From the NCBI GenBank assembly GCA_051362555.1, contig CM120643.1, positions 13,924,644 to 13,988,643 of the forward strand: DNA of 64,000 nucleotides, given 5' to 3'. Under the pieces are notes generated by a model. That model was not told where the DNA came from and ran no database searches. It was given only the letters and a program-made list of their open reading frames with translations. This document shows, in pieces, positions 1 through 14,800 of the stretch. A program made the translations under genes and the position numbers. The stretch is from Lingula anatina (taxonomy: Eukaryota; Animalia; Brachiopoda). Position 1 is the stretch's first letter. The number at the start of each line of letters is the position of its first letter.

Positions 1-106
1 AGTAAACAAAATTGTCTCTTTTCATCTTTTCTTTTTAACACAGTTATTAACACTCTAATCTATATAAAACCAGAATGAAACTTTTCATTCTATTAATTTT
101 TTTTAC

Positions 107-2403
107 CTCCTAGCTTGTTCTATCAACTCTTCTCTCCTTCTGTTGAGCAACTCTTCTCTTTCTGAGGATTTTTTAGAATACCTGCCTCCTCCTGGATTGA
201 CAGCTGCAGCACCAACATCCTCCTCTCTGTAATTTTATCAAAATTCACAAATTTTGACATTCAGATTATGTCTACTCTAAATAAATGTATTATGGAAACG
301 AATTTTTAATACCATCAAAAGAAACATTTTTTAACGACGAAACAAGTCATTAGCATTTGTCTACTCAATTTACTATATAAGGTTTCAAAAATAAACCAAT
401 GGAAGATAATTTGTAAAATATTTGTGTGCCATAAATAGAGAACTTTGGTTGCCAGGTTAATAAATACTTTCATTAAATATAGTAGTTTTCTATAGTTGCC
501 ATCAGTTCTTATTTCATATTAACAGGCAATGTTACTTACACATCAGGTATCTCAAACAGAGCAGGTACATTATCATCTCTATAGTTGTGTGTTACGTCTT
601 CACTCACAGAGGAAGCTGTACTATAGGAGTCATCAGAATCATATACTGCTGGGTTGTTGTTATTATTACCTGCTATGGAATTCTGAAAATATAATAATAT
701 AGTATAAAGTAACTTCAGTCAAAGTTGCTGTTCTAGGATTGTAAGTATGTTCATAATTGATGTTAGTAGTAATAGTCACTGATGTTGTAAAAGTGGTGGT
801 AGAAACATTATCTATAAAGGAAAAACAGCTATCTGCTAACATCTTGTAACTTGAAAAAGAAATTCAAATTGTTTTTGGAAATGAACTAAATCTTGAAACT
901 TTTACAGTCAAAGCACTCAAAATATTTAAATTGATACTAAATCTTAACTAAATGCTTTACTGTATGTTTAGCTGTTTGAAATAAAATATACAGTGTAGTA
1001 GATGAGTAGTGGTAGAAGTAACAGTAGTTGTAGAAAAATTAATAGTGTTTCTTCTGACATAAAATAATCTACTGAATGTGAGCAGTAAATTTTCATCCAT
1101 AAATATCAAAGTCAGCTACTTACTGCTATTGGCAGCCTGCCCTCTAAAATATTATTGACGGTCATTTCTGGCGACCTAGTGATGTGGAGGTCATCTTGTA
1201 TTATGGCGTCTGGCAAGATGGTGTCTGGAAAAACTTCACGAACTTGACGGACCTAAAAAGTGGCAACACCAAAACTGTTAGATGATATTTCTTAACAAGC
1301 TTTCATAGAATTCCACGATTCTATGAAAAAATATGTTAAAATCCATAGGTCAGAAATAAAATAGCAAGCAATCAAGAAGTTTGACTTTTTCATAGCTGTA
1401 TTAATGTGAATCAGAGACACAAGCACAATCAAAATTGGGTTTATTGAATAGTTTCAGTCAAATTTAAACCATTTGGGAAAAAGCTGATGAATAAGAAGTG
1501 ATTTGGCTAAGCAATATAAAAATTGCCAGCGCTACTCCAGACACAGTTTTGCCAACAAGCATTTGCTGTCTCTTAACAAGCTCAGACTTTCTATCACAGT
1601 GCCAATCAACCAAATGCCTATCTATAAAAACAACAATATTATATATTACAAATATTTGCTGCATACCAAAGCACTATCTCATCACAAAATATATATGAAA
1701 AGTCAAAATGCAAACACCATTGCAGTATCTGTAACTGGTGGCACAGTCTGGTGCAGTGCCTTCCACTGAGGAAACCAAAAATCTTATAGAATGTACAGCA
1801 GCATATTGTCATTACACTCCATGTTTTGACTTCAACTCAACCCAATTCAAGAATAGTCCAGGATTATTTGTACCAGATGTCACTAGTTTACAACACAGTC
1901 CATGTTTTAACTGAAATTCAAACTAGTACAAAGAAGTCCAGGACAAGATCAGTTAAAAACTTCACAACAAACAGTTGTTGCTTAAAGCTTTTTTTAAATC
2001 TTTTAAAATTTTTGGTGAAACTGATGTGATTCATTTTTTAACTCCTCGTGCTCGGCTCCTTACCCAAGTGTCCATCTGTGAGGTCTGTACATGCTGGCGC
2101 TGGCGTGCCAGAAGGTTACGATCCATCAATGTCGTGTGGGTCACTTCAACCGAAAAACTTGGCAGCCAGCGAACATAACGCGAGCCTGGAATGAAGAAGA
2201 CATAAAAGCTGAATTCTACCATGTTTCTAAGTCATATGAGTTTTTTCAAAAAAAGAAGTTGCAAACCAGATGCAGCTGGAACCTGGTGAGACTTCGATGA
2301 AAAAGACACCATAAAATATGGCTGTTGTCAGTGCTCACATGTCACAAATAATTTTTTTTTTTCAAATTGATATGAAGAACTTGGGTAAAAATACATAAAC
2401 ATG

Positions 2404-2451
<48 letters not shown>

Positions 2452-2983
2452 CAATTGACCTAATTTCAAAATAAAGTCAAGTTTATGAACTTTTCCAAAT
2501 CATTGATTCTGAATGGTAGAATGATCAAGCTCTGACAGAAGATCTTCACATCAATCCTGGACTCTGCCTGCTTCATGTTTCAGGGCATGAAAAGCACCTA
2601 GTTGCCCCAGTCTGCATTTGCACAATATCTTTTAAGGAGAAAAAAGGGCACAACAGACAACAATAGTACAAACCATCGAAGTGAAAGAAGTGGTTGGTGG
2701 TTTGGTTGATGTTCCTAGGTGGCGCTGGTGCATTGGCAGCGTCCCCTGCAGCCCCGATGTTGCCTTGTTCTGCAGTCTCACGGTGCTCATCAAAGTTGAG
2801 TGCTTCACGACAGGTGGGGCAGGAGACATCTTGTTCAAGCCAGGAACGTAGGCAAAAGCTGGAAGAAGGACGCCGTTTTTTAAAATCTATAAATACTTCA
2901 TACATAACACATCATTGATTTTACCCAGAAAGCCATGCAAAAGTGTGTAAAATATGTGAATTCTTAGAATATTAAATCCACTT

Positions 2984-3046
<63 letters not shown>

Positions 3047-5823
3047 TAATAATAAAATTTATAAAAATACTGGAGCTGTGACAGGAGGAGAGACAATCAA
3101 CAATAAACCAAATTACTGAACAAAAAAAAAAATTATTTTTTCTTACTCAATTGAAGGGGAGGGTGGTACACTTTAAATTGCATTACAAAATTTCCTAGTC
3201 ACCTCAAAAGACCACACAAACCTTAATCAGATCAAGGCCTTCAAAATTGTTTCCGCTAAAGTTACACAAACCAACTTCATTTCAAATAAAACAAAACTAA
3301 TTTGATCCAGACTGTACAAATGGCATCCACTTACGACCACACAATGAGAATACAACTCTCTGGGTCTGTTCAGACACATATAGTAGAACAGCTCTGTACC
3401 GTTCCACTTCTGACACCAAAAATCAAGTCTTTTTATGCTTATAATCAGAGACACCAGCCCAGCAGCAGGTCACCTGAGCACAGGCAGCATAGCAGTGCAG
3501 TTTTGGTCTACACCTTGACCATTGACTGTATAATTTACACATCACAGACATCAAATCATAAATATATGAAACTGAATGCGGCTTTACAGATCCATTGTCT
3601 CTTTGTGAACTGACTAGGAGTGCCCACAGAGAATTTGTTTCATTTTGATGGTAATTGTGTGACAAATTACCCGGTAGCTTTTTCTTCCAATCTTGAAAAT
3701 TCTCATCACTGTACTGAATCACATTTGCAACAGCTAACACATCTTTTAAAGTTTAAGTCAGTTTTCAGTAAAAACATTTAGATGACAAGTCTTTAGGTTC
3801 ATTCTGAGTACACAGATGCTGTTCTTTCCAGTAAAACGCTCTCCTCTCAGGTAATTTCTGCTCTGTAACCAGGGTCTTTTTGGATACAATTTGACTACTT
3901 AAGCAATATTGACACATTTTCTGAATAAAAGAGTTTAATATGGAAATAATATGCTTCTCAGTGTGACCAGCTCAACCAAGCTTGAGAGTCAACAATGTCT
4001 AATTCCCTTGGGTTAACTCCCAGTTTGCACTCTTTGAAAAAAATAAATTATTAAATTAATGGTCTGTTGTTTTTAAATGGATTAAAATTTTAGTGACATC
4101 CCTGCCTGTCACTTACCTGTGAAATATGTGTCCACAAGGCAGGGTTCTTCCTGATTTCATTTTCTCCCAGCAGATGGCGCATTTGTCATCATTGGCCTGC
4201 AGCTGCTCGGCACTGGCAATAGGGAACCTAGAGGAACGTTTTTTTTTTTTTTTTCTTTTAAACAAAATGACTTTAATGACAAATATAAATAGCCTGTAGT
4301 TATTTTTAAGTGCCTTATTACTAGTCTAGAGGTGGGTGCATGTTCACAATTATTTTTTAAGTACCATTACCCTTGAATTTATCTTTCTTCCTTAATTATA
4401 TTTATTATTCATTTATTTATTTTTTCTTTCTTTCGGTTGTGTGGAGAGTTAGGGCAGGTGACTTCAAATTAATAGAAGATATTAGTTTCCTTCTTATTCA
4501 CATTTCTTTACTTTTAATATGGCCCCCTTTGTTTCTAAACATGTTCTTTTTAGCAGTGAGAATAACAATGCTACAAAAACAACCAAGCTCCACTTTTATT
4601 CCACAACACCCCATTCAAAATGTGTTGATCTTTCCCATGATAATAGAAAATAATCCTCTCACCTGGTCTGCATAGTCTTGACCACTCGTTGGTAGTTCTT
4701 GTGCCTCTTGACCCTCCTCTGGAACTCATGGAACAGGTACCTTAGCTGCATACAGATCACCAGACTGGCCATGCTTAAGAATATGTTACTCCACAACTGA
4801 AACAAAGATAAGGTTATGTTTAAGAATATGTTACCCCACAAATGAAACAAAGATAGGGCCATGCTTAAGAATGTTACTTCACAACTGAAACAAAGAGAGT
4901 TATGCTTAAGAATATGTTACTCCAACTGAAACGAATATATATTGTCATCCTTAAATTTTATATTATTCTACAACTGAAATTAAGCTTAAGTCATACTTTT
5001 GAAAGTATATCATACCACACACAAAACCAAGTTTGCAATGCTTCAGTTTGCATTTTGGTATTCAATTTATCTTTTTGCATATATTCTTAAACTTGTTTGT
5101 AACAGATAACAGTTACCAGTAAAGCTTTGGATAAAGGATACATATATTATAAAACAAAAAAACATAAGATGCTGAAAAAAAAAAGTCAGAAATCTGATTC
5201 CACGACAGGATCTCATTCTTCAGTCTTGGGAATACTGTGACGATGTACTGTGTTAGTTGAGATCGTTATGTATTGCTACCTGTAGATGTCTCCATAAGTA
5301 AAGTACAGTCCGGTGTGCAAGTTTGAATATCTTCCTGCAACGTTGCGTAAACTACACTGATTGGTAACTTATAGGTAAAACTGTTCACTGTATAATTTGC
5401 CCTGATTTGAGAATGTGTACTAGCTGAACTTGTACATAAGGGCTTACTTGAAATAAATCACTCTCTTCTCTGCTCTTCTCTCTTTGTAAGAAGCTGAAAG
5501 CTCTCTAGTAAGTTCTTTGTGTTATTTTCATAAGGCACTTGGGCACTATGTCATAACAATACTGACCAGCATGTGTAGATGATGCAGGAAGTCAATGCCC
5601 AGGGACAGGAGTTCACACACCAGCTCAGTGTAGTAGGCATAGCTGGACCTCTGCTCCCACACTCCATCGTGGTGGATATCCCACAGATGAATGGCATACC
5701 TGAAGTAAAGAAAACTGGGGCTAGTTATATCTGGGTAGTTTCACTATAAAACCAAATTCTTTGAAATTTCAATTAAAAATTGGAAGAAAGAATTTGATTC
5801 AAGTTATTCAGAGCCCAGTCCTT

Positions 5824-5859
<36 letters not shown>

Positions 5860-8800
5860 TATGAGTATAAATGCCTTGTACAGCTGGTGGAAGAATAGTC
5901 TCAAATCTGGCAGCAGTGGACTATGCTAACTACAAAGGACAGAGCTTTTATATATTTCGTTTGCTGCTGAACAAATGGCAAAAAATTTCAAGAAATCTGT
6001 TTACTAAATGACATTCATAATGGATGCAACAAGCTTATGTTACCACTTACCTGATAAGGACATACACCACACTTATTCCCAACAATGCACACTGAAAATA
6101 CACAGAATAAAGAAACTATATTTTCCTACAAACATAAACCAAAATTATGACATTGTAGCTACATGTACTGTATGTAGCTAATTAAAGACAACCTCTAGAG
6201 GCTCTAGTGTACATAATCATTTCTGCATATATATGTGTATTCAATATTTAATCATAAATTATAGCACACTTATAAAATTAATGGTCAAAATGAGTAGGTT
6301 GCTAGACAAAATGAAAATAAGATACTTCTACTGATATGGAGGCATGAATATGCTAGTCAGTGCCAGAAGATACAAATTCAAACACTGAAAAAATTTAACA
6401 CACTGCTATGATAATATTTCCATTATGCCATAACCCCACTCCCCAATGCAGTGAATGGAAAAAATTCAGGGTATAGCATTCCTTCTAAGTTTATTTAGTG
6501 ACAAGAGACTACAGCTATAAACACAATCATAGTGACAGTCACACCTAACACATTTTCTACATAACTTACCTCTGCTGCCATGAATGAGAACACATGCAAT
6601 CCAGACTCTAGTCCCACTAAAATACTCAGTGCCAGCAGACCAAAGCAGGCACCAAGTATGACAGATAGGAGGATAATAACTTTGGCATGGGTCCATCTTG
6701 GTGTGCTTAACGAGAAAGATAGCTGAAACGACATTTTTTTCAAAACTCAGTACTGTGATACTATTTTAAGTTTTACCTCTACTTTTTCCTATCTAATTCT
6801 GATTACTTTGACCAATAAAGATACTTTCATAAAAGGAAAAAATTCCATTTCAACAGTCTGATAACTTTCCTGCCAACTACTTCCTACAACAACATCATAT
6901 GATTTACACATTCTCTTTGCAACTTAGAATGAGTGAAAGAAGTGCTTGAAACATTTTTGTCCAGTCAATGTTGTTTGTAGGTTTATGTCATTATGTCATT
7001 TCTGCAATTCAAATAAATAAAACAAAACAGCAAATAAATAAAATAACAAATAAACTTACATATTCAAACCTGTCCTTGCTGAGCTGTGCCAGGAGCTGTA
7101 GAAAACAAAGAATGGAGAACCAGCCACACCACCTGAATACCTCGTCCATGGTCTGGACATTCATGATGCCAAAGATGAAGATGAACTTGTAGAATATAAA
7201 GTTCCAGAATTTGTCCTTGAGGTGCTTAAACAAAAAATATTGATATGGGGACAGTCAAATGAAGAGAAAAGGTATAAAATCAGTACATAAATAGGTTAAC
7301 TGTAGTAATTATCTAATTACATTAACAAATTACATTAGCAAATCTCTTCTCCTTGCTTTTGGGCCTGCCCCTTCTCTTATTGAAATTTCTAATAATAGAG
7401 AATGATGACCCTATACAATGATCACTTGCTAAAGAAAACTAATATCACCAAAATACACCTCCTAATATATGTTTAATAACATCCTTTTCAACAAACTTGT
7501 TTAAGAATGAGAAATTTCAACTTTCTCTGAACCAGATAATCACAGGGAAGCCAAAGAAAAATCAATCAATGTGGTAAGCCATACAATTCAAGGTTTCTGT
7601 ACAGCTAAAACTTGGCAATGAACATCTGCTTTATCTGCCTACTGCACAGGTACTTAACAACAGTTTAATTCTTCAGATGAAATTCATGAACATTTGTGCA
7701 TCTTATTAGACCACAAGTTTTAAGTCCAAAATGTCAAACTGCTAAGCAGTAGATATTTTCAACAAATGTCCTGCTTGTAAACATTTTAACAATAAGCACT
7801 GGCACAGGTATCCAAAGTTCAAAGCTCAAACTTAAGCATTTTTTTCCTTTCTTATTTTCAGATAGTATTTCCAGATTCTGGTTCTCAGTTGCAATTATTT
7901 GATTCTTTTCTTTTCTTCTTACCATTAATGTTCAATTCTTAACAAGCTCTATGAGGATTTTATCACACGATATCTACTAGTAAAAGTTAGAGCCAAAACT
8001 TTGTTCTATTTTAATTATTAAAATAATAAAATAAGCAGTTGAGCTCAGAAAGAACACTCCAAATTGTTAACTGCTTGTTGCCTTTTCTTACCAAAAGTAA
8101 CTCTCTTGTTAACAGCAATAATTTTAGGACATTAAAGCCAACACATCTAGGGATAACACCCCATGCTACAATGAGTAACCAAACTGTTGTCTGAGAATAA
8201 CAAAGTGAACAAACATGCTTACTGTAGTGTTCATGTAACACAATCCATTCATAAACGAGGGGCAGGGTTATAAGAAGTAACCAGTGAAATTGTTTTGTTA
8301 CTTTTTTTACCATCTCATTATTTCTGAGCTCAAAAATATATCTACTTTGCATTCTAACCACAATCTTACCTCCTGTTCACTAATCCTCAGGTTCCCAAAC
8401 ACCCCAAGTTGAATGAGTTTTCCAATAAGAATCAAAATGCAGTAAGCCACATTTATCAAGATCTGAAAATCATTGAAAAAAATATTAATCTTGGGAAATC
8501 AAATTCAGTAAAATATTCTAAAGGATCTGTCACAATAAATTTTTAAAATAAAAAACATTATGATGAGTTAAAATAAGGCCACACTTTTTTATTTTTATGG
8601 ATGACATCCTCTGGGGACCCCAAAATCGGTGCGAGCGGGCGAAAAAAAAAAAAAAAAAAAAACAGTCCAAAAAAAAAAACCTGCTTAAGAAAAGTTGTTT
8701 TCAGTACACAGCTGGAAACACTAATTTACCACAGAAACACGTATCAAACTAACAACATGTCTTTATCCATGCTCTCAAAATATTAAAGCATTGTGAATAG

Positions 8801-11800
8801 GGCCTACTTCGTAGAAAGGTAAAAAGTCATTAATATATATATATATGCTGCATATTACCAAATGTATTTAAGGTTATTTCATGCATTCTGTTGGTATAGC
8901 AATCAATAAAACAAATATCAAATAAACAGTGTCTTTATTTGTACTCTCAGAAAAAAAGCATTGTAAACACTTCACAGAATTGTTAAAAAATGAAGCAAAG
9001 ATACCAGTAGGCCTTTGCTTCCTACTACCAAATCTAAAAAAGGTAATTTCGGTCGATGCCATTTTGTCTACTTCGACTCACACGTAACAGCCAACTATCG
9101 GGTGGCCTGTCCGACCTTCAGTCCACCAAATACCACGACACTCTTGTCGACCCTTTTTTCGCTACAAAAAAACCCCTGGTAAGTCTATGTGCTGCTTTGG
9201 ACAGAATGTCACTGAAATTTTCCGGGCGATGATCGCTGGCCGCGGCCAGCCTTTCGTATAATTGTAAAAAGGTGATATCTCCATGTCCAATATCAATGGC
9301 AAACCAATCCAAAACGACGGCCCCCGTTCTCTTTATGACTTTAATTGTCGTGTATTTAGAAATTAATGCTAGAGATGAATTTGACGGCAAAGCGGCCATA
9401 TTTCCACGTGGAAATATGACGGCAAAGCGGCCATATTTCCACATGGTGATAATACGCATGCGCAGAAAGCTCATTTTCCGCACTCGGAACTACTCGGATG
9501 TCTCCGCAGTCAACAATGACAGCATGGAGCTTGCGGAATTAGCCGAGGATTGCCGATTGCATTTTCCGGCAAATTCAATCACGACGTCGGTTTGCGACAA
9601 CCGACTTCCTTGGGGGGGGGGGGGGGCGGGGGGGGGGGGGGGGGGGGGGGGGGGGATTTTTTTTTTTTTTTTTTGGAGAACGGACGAAAATCGGTGCGCG
9701 TGCAGGATGTAATCCATAAAATTAAAAAAGTGTGGCCTAATTGATGGTAAAAGAGGAAAAAGCTGAGGGCTGACAGGATTTACCCATCCCCATATGTTTC
9801 AAAATAATACATTATATGAAGCACGTATCTCTAGTAAAGGCATCAGACCAATACTTGCTACATTATGTAGTAGAAATAAGAGCTTCAACACAAAGCACTA
9901 TATCTTGGGCTCAAAATTCCTAACAAGGAAGTTAAAATATAACATTTCTGAGCTGCACCCAATTTGCTGAAAATCAAAGTACTGTTGTCAAGAGTCTGAA
10001 TTCGATTGTAAAATCAAGTACTAAAACTCTCTTTTTCTCAAAATTATAAAAGCCAATGCACTAAATTCAAATAGCATCCAAAAATTATATTTGAAACAAG
10101 GCAGCAAAGCTGTCAAATGTACAGACAAATAGCAGGAAAAAACAAAAAAGGCTACTGTCAATTCTGATGCAAAAGTACATTATGTTAAACTGCAAATTCA
10201 ATATCAGATTTTAATTATGCTCAACAGGTAAAATACATCTGTGTCTGTACATAAAAACGGCATTTCTTTAAAATAATGGCCCGATTATGCTGATTTTTGA
10301 ACTCAACCTGCGATTTAGCAGGAATGACCACTCCTGTGAGTTTAATGACAATTGGCCTATCTGTTTTTCTTATATTGTGTTTACAATGTTGCATATATGC
10401 TGAAAAGTGAAAAAAAAAAAGCATAACTACTAAAATAGTGGCCCGATCATGCCGATTTTTGAACTTGACCTGCGTTTTAGTAAGATCAATTACTCTGCAT
10501 TTTAGTCCTGTATTTCTTTTTTGAAAGTTTGACAATCATAAGTAACATGGTTTTCCCATAATGGTCATCTTGGCAGCAGCACCCAAAATTGTGTTTTCTT
10601 CCATTCTGATGCAATATTACATAATGGTTAACAGCAAAATGACCGTTAATTTTTAATAATAAAATACACGTATCATGGATTTTCAGAAAATGTGACTAGC
10701 ATGGGTCTTCAAGCCCGTGGAACATGCCGATTTTTGAACTTGACCTGTGTTATAGTAAGATCAATTACTCCTGTGATTTTCATGACAACAGGCCTATCGG
10801 TTTTCCTTAAAATGTGTTTACAGTGTTGCATATATGCTGAAAAGTGAAAAAGCAGCATAACTTCTACAATAATGGCCCGATCATGCTGATTTTTTAACCT
10901 GACCTGCGTTTTATGAGTATTCATCAGCTCTGTAAATATACAGCCAAAAAGTAAAACTGCCTTCCACTTATCATGTTTACAATGAAAGTGCACGGTGTCG
11001 GCACCGGCGACGACGGAGACAACAGACGCAGGTGATGGCAATATGTACAGACACATCTGTACATATTTACTGTACTGTTTGAGAACAGTAAGTGACATGG
11101 TTTTTCTTAAATGGTCATCATGGGAGCAGTGCCCAAAATAGGTTTTTTTCAAATTTTGATGCAATATTACATAATGTTTAACATCATAATGACCATCAAT
11201 TTTTAATAATAAAATATTAGTATCATGGATATTCAGAAAATGTGACTAGCAAAGGTCTTCAGGCCCATGGAACTTCCAAGTCACAACATGAAAATGCCAG
11301 AATGTAAACAAGACAGCACTGTTCTGAAATGTTTTTTTTTTTCCATTTTTAGCACTTTTTTTTTAACATAAAACAAAATTAACAGGTTACTGCCATTTTT
11401 ATACGATCAACTAAGAAAATTGATGAGATGGGAAAAATATCAATACAACAGTGTTAAATGTCCAATTTCCTCCATTCCGTGATTCTGAACATAGTGAAGA
11501 TTGAATCTGACAAACTGCAATGATGAGTTTATTTCCATTTTTGAAACTTTATTACACAATACACAATAACAAGTTTACCATCATTTTTACGTAATCAACT
11601 AACAATGTTGTAAAGATGCAGGAAATGTCAAACAAACACTTTTACGTATCTTATTAGTTCAATAATGAGACTGTTAACATGCCTAAGAGTTGAATCTGAG
11701 GAAATTTGAAAAAACAGCATAACTTCTAAAATAATGGCCCGATTATGCTGATTTTCGAACTCAACCTGCGTTTTAGTAAGATTGACCACTCCTGTGAGTT

Positions 11801-14800
11801 AAATGACAATTAGCCTATCTGTTTTTCTTATATTGTGTTTACAGTGTTGCATATATGCTGAAAAATGAAAAAACAGCATAACTACTAAAATAGTGGCCCG
11901 ATCATGCCGATTTTCGAACTTGACCTGCGTTTTAGTAAGATTGATTACTCCTGTGATTTTCATGACAACAGGCCTAACGGTTTTCCTTAAAATGTGTTTA
12001 CAGGGTTGCATATATGCTGAAAAGTGAAAAAACAGCATAACTTCTACAATAATGGCCCGATCATGCTGGTTTTCGAACTTGACCTGCGTTTTATGAATAT
12101 TCATCAGCTCTGTAAATATTAAGCCAAAAAGTAAAACTGCCCTCCACTTATCGTGTTTACAAGGAAAGTGCACGGCGCCGGCATCGGCATCGGCGACGGC
12201 GACGGCGACGACAGACGCAGGTGATGGCAATATGTACAGACACATCTGTGTCTGTACATAAAAAGTCTCTACATTATTAGTCATTCTAAAAAACTGTAAC
12301 AATAACAGTTACATAACAAAATTTACTGTGTTAACAGTAACAATATTCTACTTTAAAAAATTATAAATCCCTGCCAAACTGTTATTTTTGTTAGAATTTC
12401 ATATCAACCAAACCATTTTCCAGACAATTACATAATCACTGACAATGCACAATTATTCCAACAGATGATATACAAGCAAATGAAGCTTTAGCAAATCTCC
12501 TTTGAAAATGCTTATGGGTTGCACAGACTAACAATGAGACAGAAACTTCCCTACTAGTTACTTTCAGAAACCTGATACAATTGAAAAGAGGTTAAAAATA
12601 TCAACACAAGTCATTCTGCTTTTGTATACCTAGCACTTGGCCAGGTTCAGCTCTATATACATTGAATGCAAGTCCTGTAAACTTCATTTGTCTGTTCTGT
12701 TACAGTAATACATATTTAAGGCAAAAGTTGACAACTTCAAACATACATAAAGAAACTATAATCAACCTTCATAACAAAATGTGCTTTTATCTTTTTTGTT
12801 TTAAATATACGTAGGTACATGTACCAATAACTTTTTTTAATTTAATATTCAGTCTCCAGGCTTATACTCATTCTATGCCAATGCAAGTAATTTAAGCTAA
12901 AACCAGGCCAGTAAAAAATTTTAAAACAATGTTAATTAAGTTACTGGACACTATTTCTGCTTCTGTTCAATGCATTTTCAAACCCTGATGTCCCAAAGGG
13001 CTTGTTTTTGGCACAGTCTTTAAAACTAGTTTCTAAGTAACCCTGGAATATGCATAGCCAAGGGGTTTGAGGGGGTTGAAAGAATCCCCTAGCCCTTTTA
13101 CCTAGGTACACAGAGTTTTTATGGTAAAAGGTCCACTTTTTCAGGAGAATAACCTTCATTTGAAATTGTTGGCTACAGGCCTCTTATACAAGGGAAAATT
13201 ACATAAAAGAGGAACTCACATTTGGGGATTTTCCATCCACCAAGCAGACAAGTTATTTTTACCTGACCACCTTTTGTAATACCCACTTTCCTCTTTTAAG
13301 CTGGGATATTAATAATACATGGATGTTCAATGAGTATGGGAGAATATAAGGTAATAATCACAATTGTGTACCCATACATCCAAGTGAATAGCAGAGGTAA
13401 CAATAAGACTGTCCAGTTGAAGGCTTATGCACTGCTGGTGGTTCCAGGATTTAGCTGTACAGTGGTGGGGGTGGGGTGGGGGGGGGGGGGGGAAGGGGAG
13501 GACAGGTACTAGTAAGAGGGATGAAAAACTTCAGTTTATAATACAGTCATTAAGGGCAATTTGTCACATTTATTATATGTAGGCATAGAATAGATAATCT
13601 GCTTGGTTTTGCCTGGTGCTGCTCATTAAACTAATTTGGAGAGGGAGGGGAAGTACTAAAAGCTATAGAAAGGACACATGCCCCCTCCCCCCAACACACA
13701 CACTGACACACACACACACAAACACACCAGACAGGAGAGCACTACACTCTTTTCTCACCACAGAAATTGTTTGAACATGTCCTGTTATCATCGATCTAAT
13801 AGAGACTGGGGTATTATATAATGCAATAATCAGGTCTGTGCACATATATAATACACACACCAGTAAGCAGGTGTATACCCTAGTAGCAGTGACATAAAAA
13901 GATCATCTGGATGAATGCTACACGTGTGCACATATGTGCAATGCTATGGTGTCTCACATGGTAAAGAACACTGTTAATTGATCTTCTGAAGTCTGTTTAA
14001 TAGTATAAGACTGTTTTTTGCTCATGTTTGTATGTGTGGAAAGGCTAGCCACAATTTATATAATCTATTTTTATTCATTTATTTTTATTATTTATTTTAC
14101 TATATTTATTATTATAATTATTATTATTTTATTTTTGAATGGGTAATGAGTCATTAATTTCATGTCGCTTTGGTGCATCAACAAGAATGTCTCCACTGAC
14201 ATATTGTTGAAATAGCTTCACAAGTGTTCAAAGTAATTTTCTTTCTTACTGGTTGGTTGAGGGGAGGCAAGCTTATGCATTAGTCTGAATCTAGAATGTA
14301 GTAGGTTATTATATACAATTCAGTCATATATTATATGACTGAGTAAACAAAAATGTGATGAGCAATTATGTCAAAACATTATGCTGGTGGCACTGGAACA
14401 TTTTTTTTTCATCTGTTATTTAAATATTGTTTGATGCTGTATTGCCAAGTGACAAAAGTCATATTTATTCAATATAGATAAAGATATCAATGTAAATTTA
14501 AACAGCCAATGTGTCAAGCTAAGGCACAGGCAAGGAATTAGATACACAGTTGTTACTTCTCTACAATAATGATGTACATGACAATGTCGTTTACAAGTAC
14601 AGTACTTACCCATACACACCAACTTTCATCCAACAAAGCAGTGACCATATTATGGGCATAATCCCCGTGGTATTCCTGATGAAATGCATTGGGATCAAAC
14701 GACGTGTCAACCCGGGGTTCTTCCGTGGGCACCTCTGGCATCGGACTACCCGCGGCACCACCGTCATCACTAACGTGAATTTCTTCTGGAAGGTGCTCTA

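Noticed and set aside
2406-3045. (TA)n, (CA)n, (GA)n, (ATTT)n microsatellites and poly-C/G runs throughout
   Set aside because: Ordinary simple repeats with no evidence of function.
9118-9744. Overlapping ORFs with poly-G/poly-P inside the TIR element
   Set aside because: Caused by homopolymer runs in a non-autonomous transposon; no transposase motifs. Homopolymer lengths may be sequencing-error prone.
10221-12100. CRISPR-like appearance of recurring ggcccgatcatgctgatttt units
   Set aside because: Eukaryotic intron; the inter-repeat sequences are themselves repeated, and there are no cas genes.
10221-12302. ORFs of 104, 151 and 167 aa with repeated KFENRHDRATILVVMLFFHFSAYMQHCK motifs
   Set aside because: They are translations of the HINE-like internal DNA repeats; no splice structure or protein family signature.
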